A stretch of 64,000 bases of DNA, taken from the NCBI GenBank assembly GCA_904063045.1, contig CAJFCJ010000019.1:1106570-1170569 (forward strand). Reading direction: 5' to 3'. The notes beneath the pieces were generated by a model. The model was not told the origin of the DNA. It saw nothing but the letters and a program-made list of their open reading frames with translations, and ran no database searches. Source of the DNA: Dimorphilus gyrociliatus (taxonomy: Eukaryota; Animalia; Annelida). Shown here one piece after another: positions 1 to 11,979 of this stretch (the stretch's first letter is position 1; each line of letters begins with the position of its first letter). Position numbers and translations under genes: made by a program.

Positions 1-110
1 TGCTTTGTAACAATGGGAAATGAACAAATTGTGCCGTAACCCTCATTTCCCGTTCTTTCTATATTCCAAACTGTCAATGACTTCTTCAAAATGCAACTAG
101 AAAGAAGGCT

Positions 111-145
111 TGCGCATGCGCATTTTTTCCATTTCTAGTGGGCGG
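111..145. promoter_or_regulatory. Promoter-like element: perfect NRF1 palindrome plus GC box upstream of the p53-family gene
   Basis: TGCGCATGCGCA at 111-122 and GGGCGG at 140-145, in a CpG-containing stretch about 450 bp upstream of the first recognisable p53-family exon. Promoter activity is inferred, not shown. Confidence 0.5.
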
Positions 146-577
146 ATAGCAGTGGAACTGAGAGCGAGGCGTCGTCCATTGTCCGTTTTATGTCGGCAAA
201 GACCGCGTCGATATAACGATTTCTATTCTGCCGCTTGTATGTGTGTATACAGTCAATGCAGAAGAACACACATTGTTAAATGCCTTCTGTATGCACACTT
301 CTTTTTTTTCGCACGCGTTCCCTTGTATCAATAGCCTCGCGACTCGTGTACGTTGACACCTTTCTATTCTTTTCTCCATCTTTCCCTCCCTCGATAGTCG
401 TTCTTTTAGAAAAGCAAAATGCATTTAGCTCTACTTATTTATTCCGGTATTGCCCATTTTACCCTTCAACTTTTTTTTTTTTTAATATACAATTAATGGG
501 AAAATTACTCGCTTCTTGCATATTTTATTAAAGGCGAGCGTCTTTTATTTCTTTTTTTTTATTTATTCCCGCAGACA

Positions 578-2369
578 ATGTCACCAAATGTTCCGATATC
601 GTCTCAAATGCATAGTTCGCCAACTGTACCGTCCAGGTAAGTGTCGAATGATGATGAGTTTATAATGCGTGTCGGTAAAAGATAAGCTAGTTTAACGTCC
701 AGGCCAACATTATATAGAAATAAATAAAGAGATGTGTACCGACGTTCAAGTGTTTAAAAAGTATTAAAAGTACGCACGCCAGATTGTTTTTGAGATAAAA
801 AAAAACTGTCGAGATTTATTCATGTAGATATTTTTTTTTTTACCATTTAATATTAAATTTTATAACTCATAAAGATAAATAATTCATTCACATTTTGAAC
901 AAGAATTTTATGACATATTCATCTAAAAATATTAAGTATATAGCATACTTGTATTTTAACACCGTAGGCTTATAGCTATACTAATTATTGTAATAATAAT
1001 GGGGATTATCTCATTTCTACAGCGCCTCCTATTCTGGGGATTATGGATTTGAGATAAGCTTTCAGCAACAATCAAAAGAAACTAAATCCACCACTTGGAC
1101 GGTAAGTTAATGTATTTGAGATTTTTTTTGGGATTAGGCCTATAAAATATTTTTTCAAAATGCGCTCGTCTCAGCATATTTGCCTACGCGCTAATCGCTA
1201 TTTGAGATATGCCAAGGCAGAGCGTCGCCAACAAAAAAAAAAATGAAAAAAAAATAATTCTAAAAAAAAAATCTGGGTCACATCGATCTCCTTACGCCGT
1301 TATGTAATTAATTTTATACACCGCAAATAATTGACTTTCCGACGTTTCGTCATTGAAAATCGTGTTCCGTCATAACAGTATTCGGAAATGCTACGCAAGT
1401 TGTTCGTGAGGATGGCGACAACTTGTCCTATTCGATTTAAAACGGCAAGAACACCTCCGCCCAATACCGTCATTCGTGCCATGCCAATCTATATGAAGCC
1501 GGAGCATGTGAGAGAGGTCGTCAAGAGATGTCCTAATCACGCTACCACTAAGGAATATAATGAAAATCATCCTGCACCGGAGCACCTTGTAAGGTGTGAA
1601 CATAAATTGGCTAGATACGAAGAACACGATTATACCGGAAGACAGAGTGTAGTACTTCCACACGAACAGCCTCAGCCAGGTGCCGAATGGGTCACCAACT
1701 TATTCCAATTTATGTGTTTTTCCTCGTGTGTGGGTGGTTTGAATCGGCGACCAATTCAAGTGATCTTTACTCTGGAGGACACTCAGGGCAACGTTTTGGG
1801 AAGGCAAGCCGTTGAAGTTCGTATCTGCGCTTGCCCGGGGCGTGACAGAAGGGCGGATGAAAAGGCCACCGAACCAGTAACAGCTCATAAAAGACCCCAC
1901 ACGCCGAGAATGGGAATGAATACTGAAGTATCGACTTCTTTTGGTACTAAAAGGAAGAGAAACTCGGACGACGAAGTGTTCACGTTAACTGTAAGTGTTT
2001 TATCTTCTCTTCAGGGAGCAGTAAATGAATATATATAAATATATGTTTATTTATTATATTTTTTATTATTAATTTCAGATTAAAGGACGCGAAAATTTTG
2101 AAATGCTATGTAGACTACGTGATTCTTTAGAGTTGAGTTCGATGATACCGCAACAGCAAGTCGATTCATACAAACGTCAACAGAACGATTATAACAAACA
2201 GTTTGTATTTTTACAAGACTTTGATTAATAGTAGTATAATTATTTATCTTTTTCTTATTAAAACAATAGACTAGAAGTTGTAGCCGTTGAAAAGACCAAA
2301 GTTCGCAATGCAACAACGACAAGCAGAGGTCGGACGGTGAAAAATGAATATCAATTTTTTAATGAGTAA
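578..2369 (+). CDS. TP63/TP73-like: p53-family transcription factor (p63/p73-type DNA-binding and oligomerisation domains)
   Basis: Exons 575/578-636, 1023-1101, 1379-1990, 2079-2200, 2270-2369 join in frame (323 aa from Met 578). Motifs: [64 protein letters not shown] (Zn ligands and residues equivalent to K120/R175/R248/R273 intact) and [23 protein letters not shown] (oligomerisation). The exon at 575 has a splice acceptor, so a further upstream exon exists. Confidence 0.95.
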
Positions 2370-2443
2370 GCACTGCCGTTTTTATTAACAACGTCCAATC
2401 GACACATCTTTTTCTTTTACAAGAAGATATTATCTATACAATC

Positions 2444-2479
<36 letters not shown>

Positions 2480-2553
2480 CTGTTTGTGAATATTTATAGA
2501 TGTTTATAGACAGTATACTTCTATATTATAACATTTTCATATATATGTTTACA

Positions 2554-2588
<35 letters not shown>

Positions 2589-3568
2589 GTGTGTTTACAT
2601 ATATCTCTTTTATTGCCAAACTCGCGAGTTTCATACCTCTCGCTCGTTTTCTTCAGATTGCAGTGCATTTGACCAGTTTGTGTGTTCTATCATTATAACA
2701 AAAAACAAAAAAACTGTTTGAAAGTGTTCATATTAAAAAAAAAAATCTAGAGCGTAAATTATAAAGAGAGTCTGTGAAAGATGGTGGGTTGTGTTCAAGA
2801 GAATTTTAGTAGTTTGAATATTAACTAGGTTTACATATTTTGTACGTTTTCTTCTTTGTTATATACTTAATCGCATCTATTCTTCATAATCTATCTCTAT
2901 ATATTTTTTGTATACTTATATTCTATGTTTTATTCTGAAAAATTGATAATCCGCCCAAAAATATTACTTAATTATTTATTACAGAAAGAAATGCATTTTT
3001 ATTGTGTCTTTGTAAGAGTTTTCGTCCGTCCAACCAATGAGCCAATACGAATTGTATTCTTTTTTGAAAAATATTTAATTCGTATCCGTCCTTTAAATTA
3101 TTCTTGCTGACGAGAAAAAAAAAGTTAAACTGTATGATCGATATAAATTGCATATAAATTATTTGTTCGTTTTATCGTTTTTTGCAAATTTTTTTGTACA
3201 GACTTATTTTTAAAGACAAAAAAAATGGGGAAAAAAAAAAGAGAGAGAGAGAGAAGGGGGTGGGGAAGATATATACTAATATATACAGTATATATATATA
3301 TATATATATAATATAATATAATTTAATATTGGAGACGCTTGTTTAGTGTTAACTGTAGAAATTTTTGGTTAGACGCTTTTATTCTTGTGCCAATTTTGAG
3401 TATTTTTTGGAAAAAACGCTCATATTTTCGAAAAAGTGTTCACGCGATTAAATAGTTTTGTATCGTTGTTATTATTCAATCACCGCGTGTAAAATAATAA
3501 TGTTTGAGAATAAATTTATGAATAGAAAGTTTAAAAGCCTTAAAATCTAAACCTTTTTAACATAAATT

Positions 3569-3935
3569 GACGGTGTCCGTTGTACTTAAGCCGCCTATTT
3601 GGATCGCTACACGCGCCAAAGCATTCGAATACCTTTGATCTCGGCGGGTGAGGCAGTTATCTCGTTCCCACCGAGAATCTAAATAGGTTTATACAATCCT
3701 CCCCTCTAACTGACCCAGACGATTTAGCTCATTCATCACAATAGAAATTACTCGTTTCCTGTCTGGTGGATGACTTCTTAGCCTGTGGGAAATTTGCGCT
3801 TGTAAAGATGTTTAATGATGTCTCTATTCAACTTGGCATTTAGACAGGTCGTCCTAGTACTGTCATATCCCGGTAGATGGCTCTACCATACGATAGCAGA
3901 GAAACCGGTAGTCATGCTGTCGTTTCTTAAGTTTT
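3569..3935 (+). ncRNA. Candidate structured non-coding RNA, family unassigned; strand tentative
   Basis: GC-balanced island between two genes with no credible ORF. Terminal helix 3569-3576/3914-3921, a tightly packed four-way junction at 3594-3687, and further stems. No T4 or A4 run inside; TTTT at 3932-3935. Confidence 0.45.
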
Positions 3936-4119
3936 CTGTATATTTTCCACATCTCAACTTGAATACAAAAAACATACATGTATACATTCCTCAATATTCC
4001 TATTTAAAAATAAACAAACTAAATGCCGTTTTCTACTCAATTTACTCAATATTTCTCTTCATTTTAACTATTCTTGACCAAATTGAACTTCAGCAGTTTT
4101 TTCACGTCTATATAAAAAG

Positions 4120-5234
4120 ATGTCGGACTCTATAGACCATGAACCGTGGTCTTGGAAGCCGCTTTTGAAGAGAAAGCACGATACCGGTAATAAAAAAGAT
4201 GAAGAGGGAGATGACGAATGTCAATTGTCAAAGTATTATAGGATCGATACTGTTGAGTGAGTATAAACGAAAATCTTTTTTATTTTCTTACTCACCCATT
4301 TGGCGGACGACGATTCATTGTAAACTCTTGTAATTCGCGTTTTAGAATGCCGGACAATATTATTAAGTGCCAAATCGGACCCTGTCAAAAGGTTTTCTCC
4401 TCCCTAGTTGAGTAAGTTATAATTTCCCTTCTCCTTTTCTCCTTATAATTAATCATAAAAACTTCAATCGACAGATTCGAAGCCCATTATAATACACGCC
4501 ACAAAAACGTATGCTGTGAATGTAAACGTTACTTTCTCTCCGAACACGTTCTTAACATTCATATAGCAGAATGGCACGATCCATTTTTTGCTGTAAAATT
4601 CGAAAATGGAATTGAAAAACTGGTTAGAAAATTTTCCAAGTGCAATCCAAAAATTCTCTCAATCTTTTTTTTCTCTTTATTTTTTTTTTACCTACCATTT
4701 TGACTTTTCTCCGTCTTTTTTCTAGTTCAAGTGCCTTGATGAACCATGCAATGAAGTATTTAATACACCGAACGAAAGACGTGAACATATGATAATGGTC
4801 CATAAATTTTCGGCCTCCTTTAAATTCAGCAAAAATGATTATAAAAAGTTGGTTTTTAAATGAAAGCTTATAAATGTTTTTCTAAGTTGTTTTTCTTTTT
4901 TTATAACTTTTGAGTGGGCGATTGTTTTTGATTTAGTGTTTAAATAAGCCTCAAGCATACAAATACCCTCTTAATAGAATGTCTAAGAAAGGTTTCAAAT
5001 AGCCTTAATGAACTTTTTCATTATTTACTTTTCAATAATAGTTAAAACCCATTGTATTAATTAGGAGAAATAGAAGAAACCTACAGATTAAGATGTATAT
5101 GGGAAAGGGGATTTACGTCGGGCTAATTTGCTTTATAATAACTAACGAAGCAAGGGCAAAAAAAATCTTGTCTTCTGCTCTTTTAGTACTTTAAGTGCAT
5201 AAGTTGAATAATTCGTGATTATTGTTATCCTAAC

Positions 5235-5269
<35 letters not shown>

Positions 5270-5776
5270 CTTGGAACGTGATCACAATCTATCTGACATT
5301 GCTGTCTACAAATTATAGATTTCTATTGTCTTGTACTTCTTTAAAAATGCTGATGTGTCCTTAATAGCAATGCTCAATGCAATTGACTGCATAATTTCAG
5401 TATTAAAGATCCTTAGATGTCTGCTAGTTTTTACGTCCGTATTAAGCCTATGTAGTCTTTGTTCTGTAGGGAGCGTGCTCAAAATTTTTTTTATCCTCTT
5501 TTCAGAGGCAAGAAGGAAAGTAGACGTCAGATAAAAAATAAAACACGACCGGAAAGCGCCCTGTCGATCGAATTGGAAAGCGACGGATCAGTCTCACCGA
5601 ACACTAGTCCTCGCTGTAAGTCTCCAACACCGAGCAGCTCTCCTTCGGGAAGTGGAAAGAGGATCCCAAATCACTTAAATTTTGGACATAAGCTTCCAAC
5701 AAGAGCAGTAAGCAGCCTAGATCATATGAAAGATCTTAGTGCTGCTTTAGATCAACAAACAAGAGAAAACATTTAA
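4120..5776 (+). CDS. ZNF511: Zinc finger protein 511 orthologue
   Basis: Exons 4120-4256, 4346-4411, 4475-4622, 4726-4847, 5506-5776 give 247 aa. KCQIGPCQKVFSSLVEFEAHYNTRHKNVCCECKRYFLSEHVLNIHIAEWHDPFF...FKCLDEPCNEVFNTPNERREHMIMVH and C-terminal RIPNHLNFG match the ZNF511 pattern. Only the last exon appears in the ORF track. Confidence 0.88.
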
Positions 5777-6526
5777 TCGTATTCTTTAAAAGTAAAAAGT
5801 ATGAAATAAAAGGAATAAAACTGTAATTTCATAACTTTATATCTGTTTTATCGTAGTTCATTATTGGATTTAATGGGACAAAATAATAATAAAGCGAACC
5901 AATTAAACTATTTTGAAACAAGAACTCTTACAGGAAAAATAATCGATTTGTCTTCCCTTCATACTTACTTAAAGACACTCGAAGTTCTCGGAAGCCTTTA
6001 TATAAGAGAAACGTAACTCCTTAAGTCTTCTAAATATTAGAGACAAACTGTTCGTAAGATAGATTAAAAACATCTGGTGAATGAAAATTAAAGTTGATTA
6101 GACTGTAGTCTATAACACACCTAGTGTACTTTCTTATTTATAATTCATAGAATGTCAATTGAATATAGTGATTTCCTGGAAATTATAATAAGCTTAACAA
6201 CAACTCTAAGATACTATAATCCTAAGTAGGTTATTATCAAATAACTATAATCTCTATTAGTGTGTACACGGTAAACATATACTCAAACGGTAAACATATC
6301 TTACTATAGTTAATCAAATTCTTTTGGAGGGAACCCCTCGCTCCCCCTTTCGTATCGAAATTGTATATGTAGCATCTGTAGTATAATATTATCTTTTTAT
6401 TATACTGGGAATATATAAACTACGATTTCTATTTGAGCAAAAACACTCGCCTATGTATATAATAAGACGAATACTAAAGAGTTAACATCCTTAGACATCT
6501 TAACACGGACTTGAAAAAAACCAAAG

Positions 6527-9500
6527 ATGATTGTCTTACTGTTAATCACGGCTGCTATAAACTTTTCGTCATCGGAATTATCATTAATAGAAAAGGATAA
6601 GAAGATAATGAAGGAGTTTAAATTCAAAGTTATAAATATTGCAAAAACTTTTGACTCTGAAATACCACTTTGTCCAGATGATTCAATGATATCTGAGAAT
6701 ATGGTAAGAGAAATTTATTGATAAACACTATATAGGTCATATTAAGCACTTAGAAAGAGTATATATCATTTTTTTTTTAATAAACAAAGAACTTCGTAGG
6801 GTAATTATTTGTCTATCATAGTTTTTTTTGTAGATTTTATATCCATATCTTGTCGTATAGCTGCAATAAGGATTATTAGAAATCATCGGTAGTCTCTGGT
6901 GTTTTGTTTTAAATCTGTTTTAGTATCTGGCATATGTTCTTGATTATCCTAAGGTCACAGCTTTCTATGGGCCTGTCTTTCATCACTGTAAAGCGTTTTC
7001 TTCTTAAATATTACATAGCAATCTTTGCCTTGTACATTATGCTTTGATCTCTTCTCCTAAAGGATATAACTTTATTTTTTGTAAGAGGGATATAATACTC
7101 CCAACAGGATATTAATTGTCCCATTGTAAAAATCCTACGGATCTGAAACTATTTTGTCCCTTGTAGCTTGCCATACTGTAAATTCTTTGTATTTTGATAT
7201 ATTTGGCATATCTCCTCAAGCCTATTTTAATACAGAATACAAGTAGATTCATCAGATCAAACTATTGTCTTCTAATCTTCCTGTTTTTTTTTTCGTCAGC
7301 ATGTAACTAGATATAAAATTATCTTGTCAACATTTAGCCCTTTTCTTACTTCCTTTTTATTCGGATTTTCTCCTCCATATCTCCGAATAATCTTGTCTTT
7401 GTTAATTTTCATATATTTTCAAGTTGTCTATCATCTCTCTTTATTTCCTGAGTATTCGCTAATAATAAAACTTTTTTGCTATATTCATGTTGGTATTTAA
7501 GAGCGTAATAAATTCCCCTTTCTTCGCGTGGATGTACTAATCATTTTGCCATCCTTTTAAAGGCAAACTTCTCTTTTTACTGCGAATATAATTAATTTTA
7601 CAGCAAACTAGAATTGCGCAAGATTATTTGCAGACTTCTTCAATATACATCAATTTAGTCTGAATGTTTAGTTGATTAATTGGCTAATTAATTAATTGAT
7701 TTATTAACAATTTATTTTTTTCCTCAGGGAAAATTCAATAAATTTTATGACTGGTTGATGAAAATTGACCCATACAAACTCAACAATGTCCATAATCGTC
7801 GTTTTGTTAAAAGTTTTCAGCAGTCTATTCAAGTCATGAATGACAATCTAAAATATTTAAATTAAGTATTTTAATTAGTTTATTTAAGAGAAACTATTTT
7901 TCTCGAATATTTGTACTTTCTGTTTTAATATGACTATTTGTTTTATTAGATGGAGTTACTTGTATCAATGCAACCCTTTCTACGATGAATGTTATTCGCT
8001 ACAGCGTTTAAAGACTACAAAATGTTTCTCAAGATTATCGAGGGCAGTAAAAATATGGAATGAAACTTTTGTCTATAACAAAGCATATGTTGATAGATTG
8101 TTTATAAAAGTAATAATATTTACAAGTTTTACTTGTACTTTGGCTGAAGCATAACGAAATTCTCTACTACAGAACCAGCTTTTGCAACGTTGTAAAAGTT
8201 TAAAAAGAGATTCAATGTGCCTAACTATCTATGAAAATGTGAAAGATTTGTATGAAATTAAAACGAAAATTAAGGTACTATTAAAATATCGAGATATCTC
8301 TTTTCAAAGTGTATAAATATAAAAACTTTAATACCTTTTCTCTCCTCCACTCTCTTCTTATCTACATTCTTTAGGAAAGATTTCAAGAGTATAATAATTC
8401 ATTTAGTATATTCTACATCAATCAGGGGAAAAACGTTTACAATTCTATCTTAAAACACATGTTAGGAAGATATAGGGGTGACTTTGTAAAATTACATAAT
8501 TTGGGTTTAAAAGAAGTAGCAAGAATACAAACAGAGATGAAGGTGATTATTTTATTGTTACTTAATAAAAAGATTGATGCTTGATTCCCATAAAAAAGAT
8601 AATATTTAGAAAATTGAATTTAACTGGAGATTTTACAGAAATAAGAGATTATTTCAATTCTGATAGGAATAATTTCTTTAAAAACTCGCAGGATATTGAA
8701 GAATTCTTATTAAATAAATTAAAAGAGTATTTGCCAATTTTTCAAAGAGTCTTTTTACGGCCTATAACTATGCCAAAGTTAGTATTACACAGTGCATTTA
8801 TCGAGTAGAAAATTCCAACTAATTTCCTATATTTATGTGACAGGATTTCTTTGATAAACAACTCTCATAGTTTTCTGGCTGCCTTTTACAAAGACAGAAA
8901 TGTTTTTAGAATGAACGTTAAATATAAGGATGGCTTGTATAAATTTTTCTATTTACCGATACTATTTCACGAAACTATACCGGGTCATAGTTTACAAATA
9001 ATTACGTATAGCTCGAAAAATATTACAAAAATTGATATTGGTCTTGAACTAACACCATTTGGTACTGCAAGCTTTGCGGCGTCTATTGAAGGTTGGGGTC
9101 TATACGCTGAGTATTTAGCGAAAAGATTAAATTGCTACAGGACAAATTTGGATTTGGTTGGTCATTATTCATTTTTACTTTTAAGAGCTAGTCGATTGGT
9201 TGTTGATACTGGCATCCATGGCTATGGGTGGTCGTATGATAGATCCGTATCTTACCTCCTGAAAAATACACTTTTCAATAAGGAAGGGGCAAAATCAGAG
9301 GTGAAAAGATACTTTACCTATCCCGGACAGGCTACAAGCTATTACATAGGATATTTATCAATAACAAACGCTTTGTCTAAAGCGGAAAAAAAATTAGGCC
9401 TATTATTCAATTTAAAACATTTTCACGAAGTTGTACTAGAATCACTGAAATACGGACCACTAGAGACAATGGAAGAAGCTGTTGATGACTTAATAGATTA

Positions 9501-9675
9501 TACTCTCAGCTGCTCTAATGGAGATAAACAATGTCGAAAAGAAAAGTATAGACATCTCAATTATTTGAATATTACAACCATTCAAACATCGTCTAAGTCT
9601 TCGTCCTTAAATCAGTTATCCCTTATCTCTTCGATGGCTTATCAAATATTTCTATTTATAGTATTTACATTGTAA
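6527..9675 (+). CDS. DUF885-family putative zinc metallopeptidase with signal peptide and hydrophobic (GPI-like) C-terminus
   Basis: Exons 6527-6703, 7728-7861, 7950-8109, 8173-8274, 8375-8542, 8599-8777, 8844-9675 give 583 aa. Motifs LHNLGLKEVARIQTEM, HETIPGHSLQ, EGWGLYAE, LLRASRLVVDTGIH, YPGQATSYYIG. The exon-2 donor is non-canonical (TTAAGT), so it is uncertain whether the gene is intact. Confidence 0.85.
6840..7330 (-). mobile_element. Degenerate Tc1/mariner transposase fossil in intron 1 of the DUF885 gene
   Basis: Minus-strand translation gives QED*KTIV*SDEST around 7243-7285 (cf. DWxxVIWSDES, first catalytic Asp) and SCDLRIIKNICQILK at 6915-6962 (cf. SPDLNPIENxWxxLK), then KTPETTDDF. 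Several stop codons; no terminal inverted repeats recognised; boundaries approximate. Confidence 0.65.
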
Positions 9676-10080
9676 AAAAAATTTTAGATTTTCATTAGTT
9701 TGTTCGTGCAATAAAATTTGTAGTTCACTCGAGTGGATATTTTATCGTTATCATTTTTAATCCTGTCTTTGTGATTCTTTTTCAATGATAACTATGACAT
9801 TAATCTGGTCTAATGAGATATATAATTATAACTTTTCTTTGTGTAAATAAATTTTATTGTTTTTCCTATCTCTTTCTCATTGTTCTTTATTTTCTGTTTG
9901 ACAAATAGAAACCATGACTCTCTCTCTCTCGCTACTAAAAGATATAAGAAGAGCAGAAAAAGAAAAAGAAGCGATATTTAAATGAAATGCGGGAAGTAGA
10001 GGGGAGGGGAAAATGGTAAGTGCACTAGATGGTAGAAGGTTGAGAGAAAATAATAAGAAAAGAGAGAAAGAAAGGGAGAG

Positions 10081-10126
10081 AGTGAGTGAGTGAGTGAGTG
10101 AGTGAGTGAGAGAGAGAGAGAGAGAG
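10081..10126. repeat. Compound (GAGT)n-(GA)n microsatellite
   Basis: Read directly from the sequence. Confidence 0.9.
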
Positions 10127-11932
10127 AAAGCTAAAGACGAAAGTAGATATAAAGGAGAGAGTGGGAGTTTTTTCTTAATGATCCATAAGTAGTTTTTAAA
10201 TAAAATGAGAGAATGTAATAACAGTATTAATTAGTTAACGTTATAGTTGTTTTGTCTTCTTAATTAGCAGAAAATTGTTCAATTTATCCCCCTACGAACA
10301 AAGAGATTTACATAGTGCATGCGTAAGATAAAGTGGCCTAAACACATAAAAAGAATTAAATGAGTACTATTAAAAATCTGCTGCTCTTTTTTAAGATAAT
10401 TAAAAAGTTTTTATTTCTAATTCAAAAGCAAAAATAGGATATTTGACATTGTTATAAGATAAATAGATCATAAGGCGTATATATACTGTATATATAGTAT
10501 AAAATATATATATATATATGTTTTTATTATCATCTTATTTATATCACGTCTTATTTTTTGTGAGGACGTTCATACTTTTTGTCTCATTATTTCCTGATTT
10601 ACATATCAATCTTTTAATATTGACTTTTATTACGAAATATTATTTAAACTGCTTTTAACGACATCTATCGGATTGTCTGAAAGTTATTTATAAAGGCTTA
10701 TTCTTACAGAGCATTTTAATCACATTGCTAACCATATTACCATACAACCATATTATAATATTTCATAATCGTATAATCGCTGAATTGACTTTTTTCTCGT
10801 TTTCCGCTTGATAGGCCAACGTTATTCGTTTCAATTATTTCGTCTATTTTTAGGTCGCCCTTTTTTATTATTTAGTTAACCGGACGATATTTACCCCAGC
10901 ATGTTCTTCCACTTAGATAAAAGGAGATGGAAGAAATCTATGACGAAGACGTGAAATTCTACTCCACTTAATTGCTTCACATACAAGCTCTGCTATTTTG
11001 CCTGTAATCAGCTTAGTTTGTTCTAATTTTCCACCCTAATTAATATTTTCATTAATTTACTAATTGTTGTCATTTGAACACGTCTTTCCCTCAACGACCA
11101 ACCATAACTAAGGAAATACTAGGGATGTGAAAAAAAAATAGGAAATGTAAAGATTTCAAGTGGGATAAAAGTTATTTGGAAATTTTGAAAAGGGAATTTT
11201 AACAACAGACAACTATTGACACAATTCAAATGAAGTGAAGCGAAGAAAAGCATACATAACAAGACTTTGGCATAAACGACAATTTTTTTCTATTTTTTAT
11301 ATTTAAGAACTATTTTTAAGAATTTTTATTTGCTTTTGTACTAAAAATGGGATAGGGAGATATTCTCTTTTCTTTTTTATATTTACAAAATAGCTCTTCT
11401 TCATTACTCTCTAGCTTTCTCTCTCTCACTCTCTTTCTCTCTTTGTCACTTATTCACTCACTTTTTTTTAGTAATAAGTCGTGTGGGCTGATTATCAGTT
11501 TCTCTCTGTCTACACGAAACGCGTTTGATTATCTGTGTATGTGTACATAAACGATTTATCGTCGTCCCGTGTATACAATACGCCGCCGACTCGGATTTAA
11601 TTCGCTTATCGATTAGGCGCCCTTTTGTTTTCTTTCTACGTTACTGATATAATAAATTTTTGTGGGACCGTTATTATTTTGTCTTCATTCAAAAAATAAA
11701 ATTCTACGTTTCGTATAGTTCCTTTATACTCTTTTATTGAACCAGTCAATTTACCTATCTATATATCTATCTTGATCTATCTGTCTGGTTTTTTTCTATT
11801 CTATTTCTTTTCATCAAAACGAAATTTGTAACAGAAAATTTCGCTAATCAAATGTCGGAAACGTTAGATAATTTGACCCATAGATGGCGACGCCGTTAAC
11901 GGTTACCTGTATCACGTGACCGTGCATCTGAA

Positions 11933-11979
11933 ATGGCGGCAAACATGGCGTTTACAACATTGCTAAATCGGGGTTCAAG
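11933..11979 (+). CDS. Putative first coding exon of the downstream zinc-finger gene (MAANMAFTTLLNRGSR)
   Basis: ATG at 11933 in a CpG-rich region with an E-box (ATCACGTGAC) and YY1-like AAATGGCG/ACATGGCG motifs. Ends in the donor AG|GTGAGC at phase 2, which fits the exon at 15009. Confidence 0.4.

Noticed and set aside
6268-6345. 13-nt direct repeat ACGGTAAACATAT x2 and a GAGGG/CCCTC hairpin, suggestive of a Helitron-type end
   Set aside because: No CTRR terminus or second copy recognised; too short to support.
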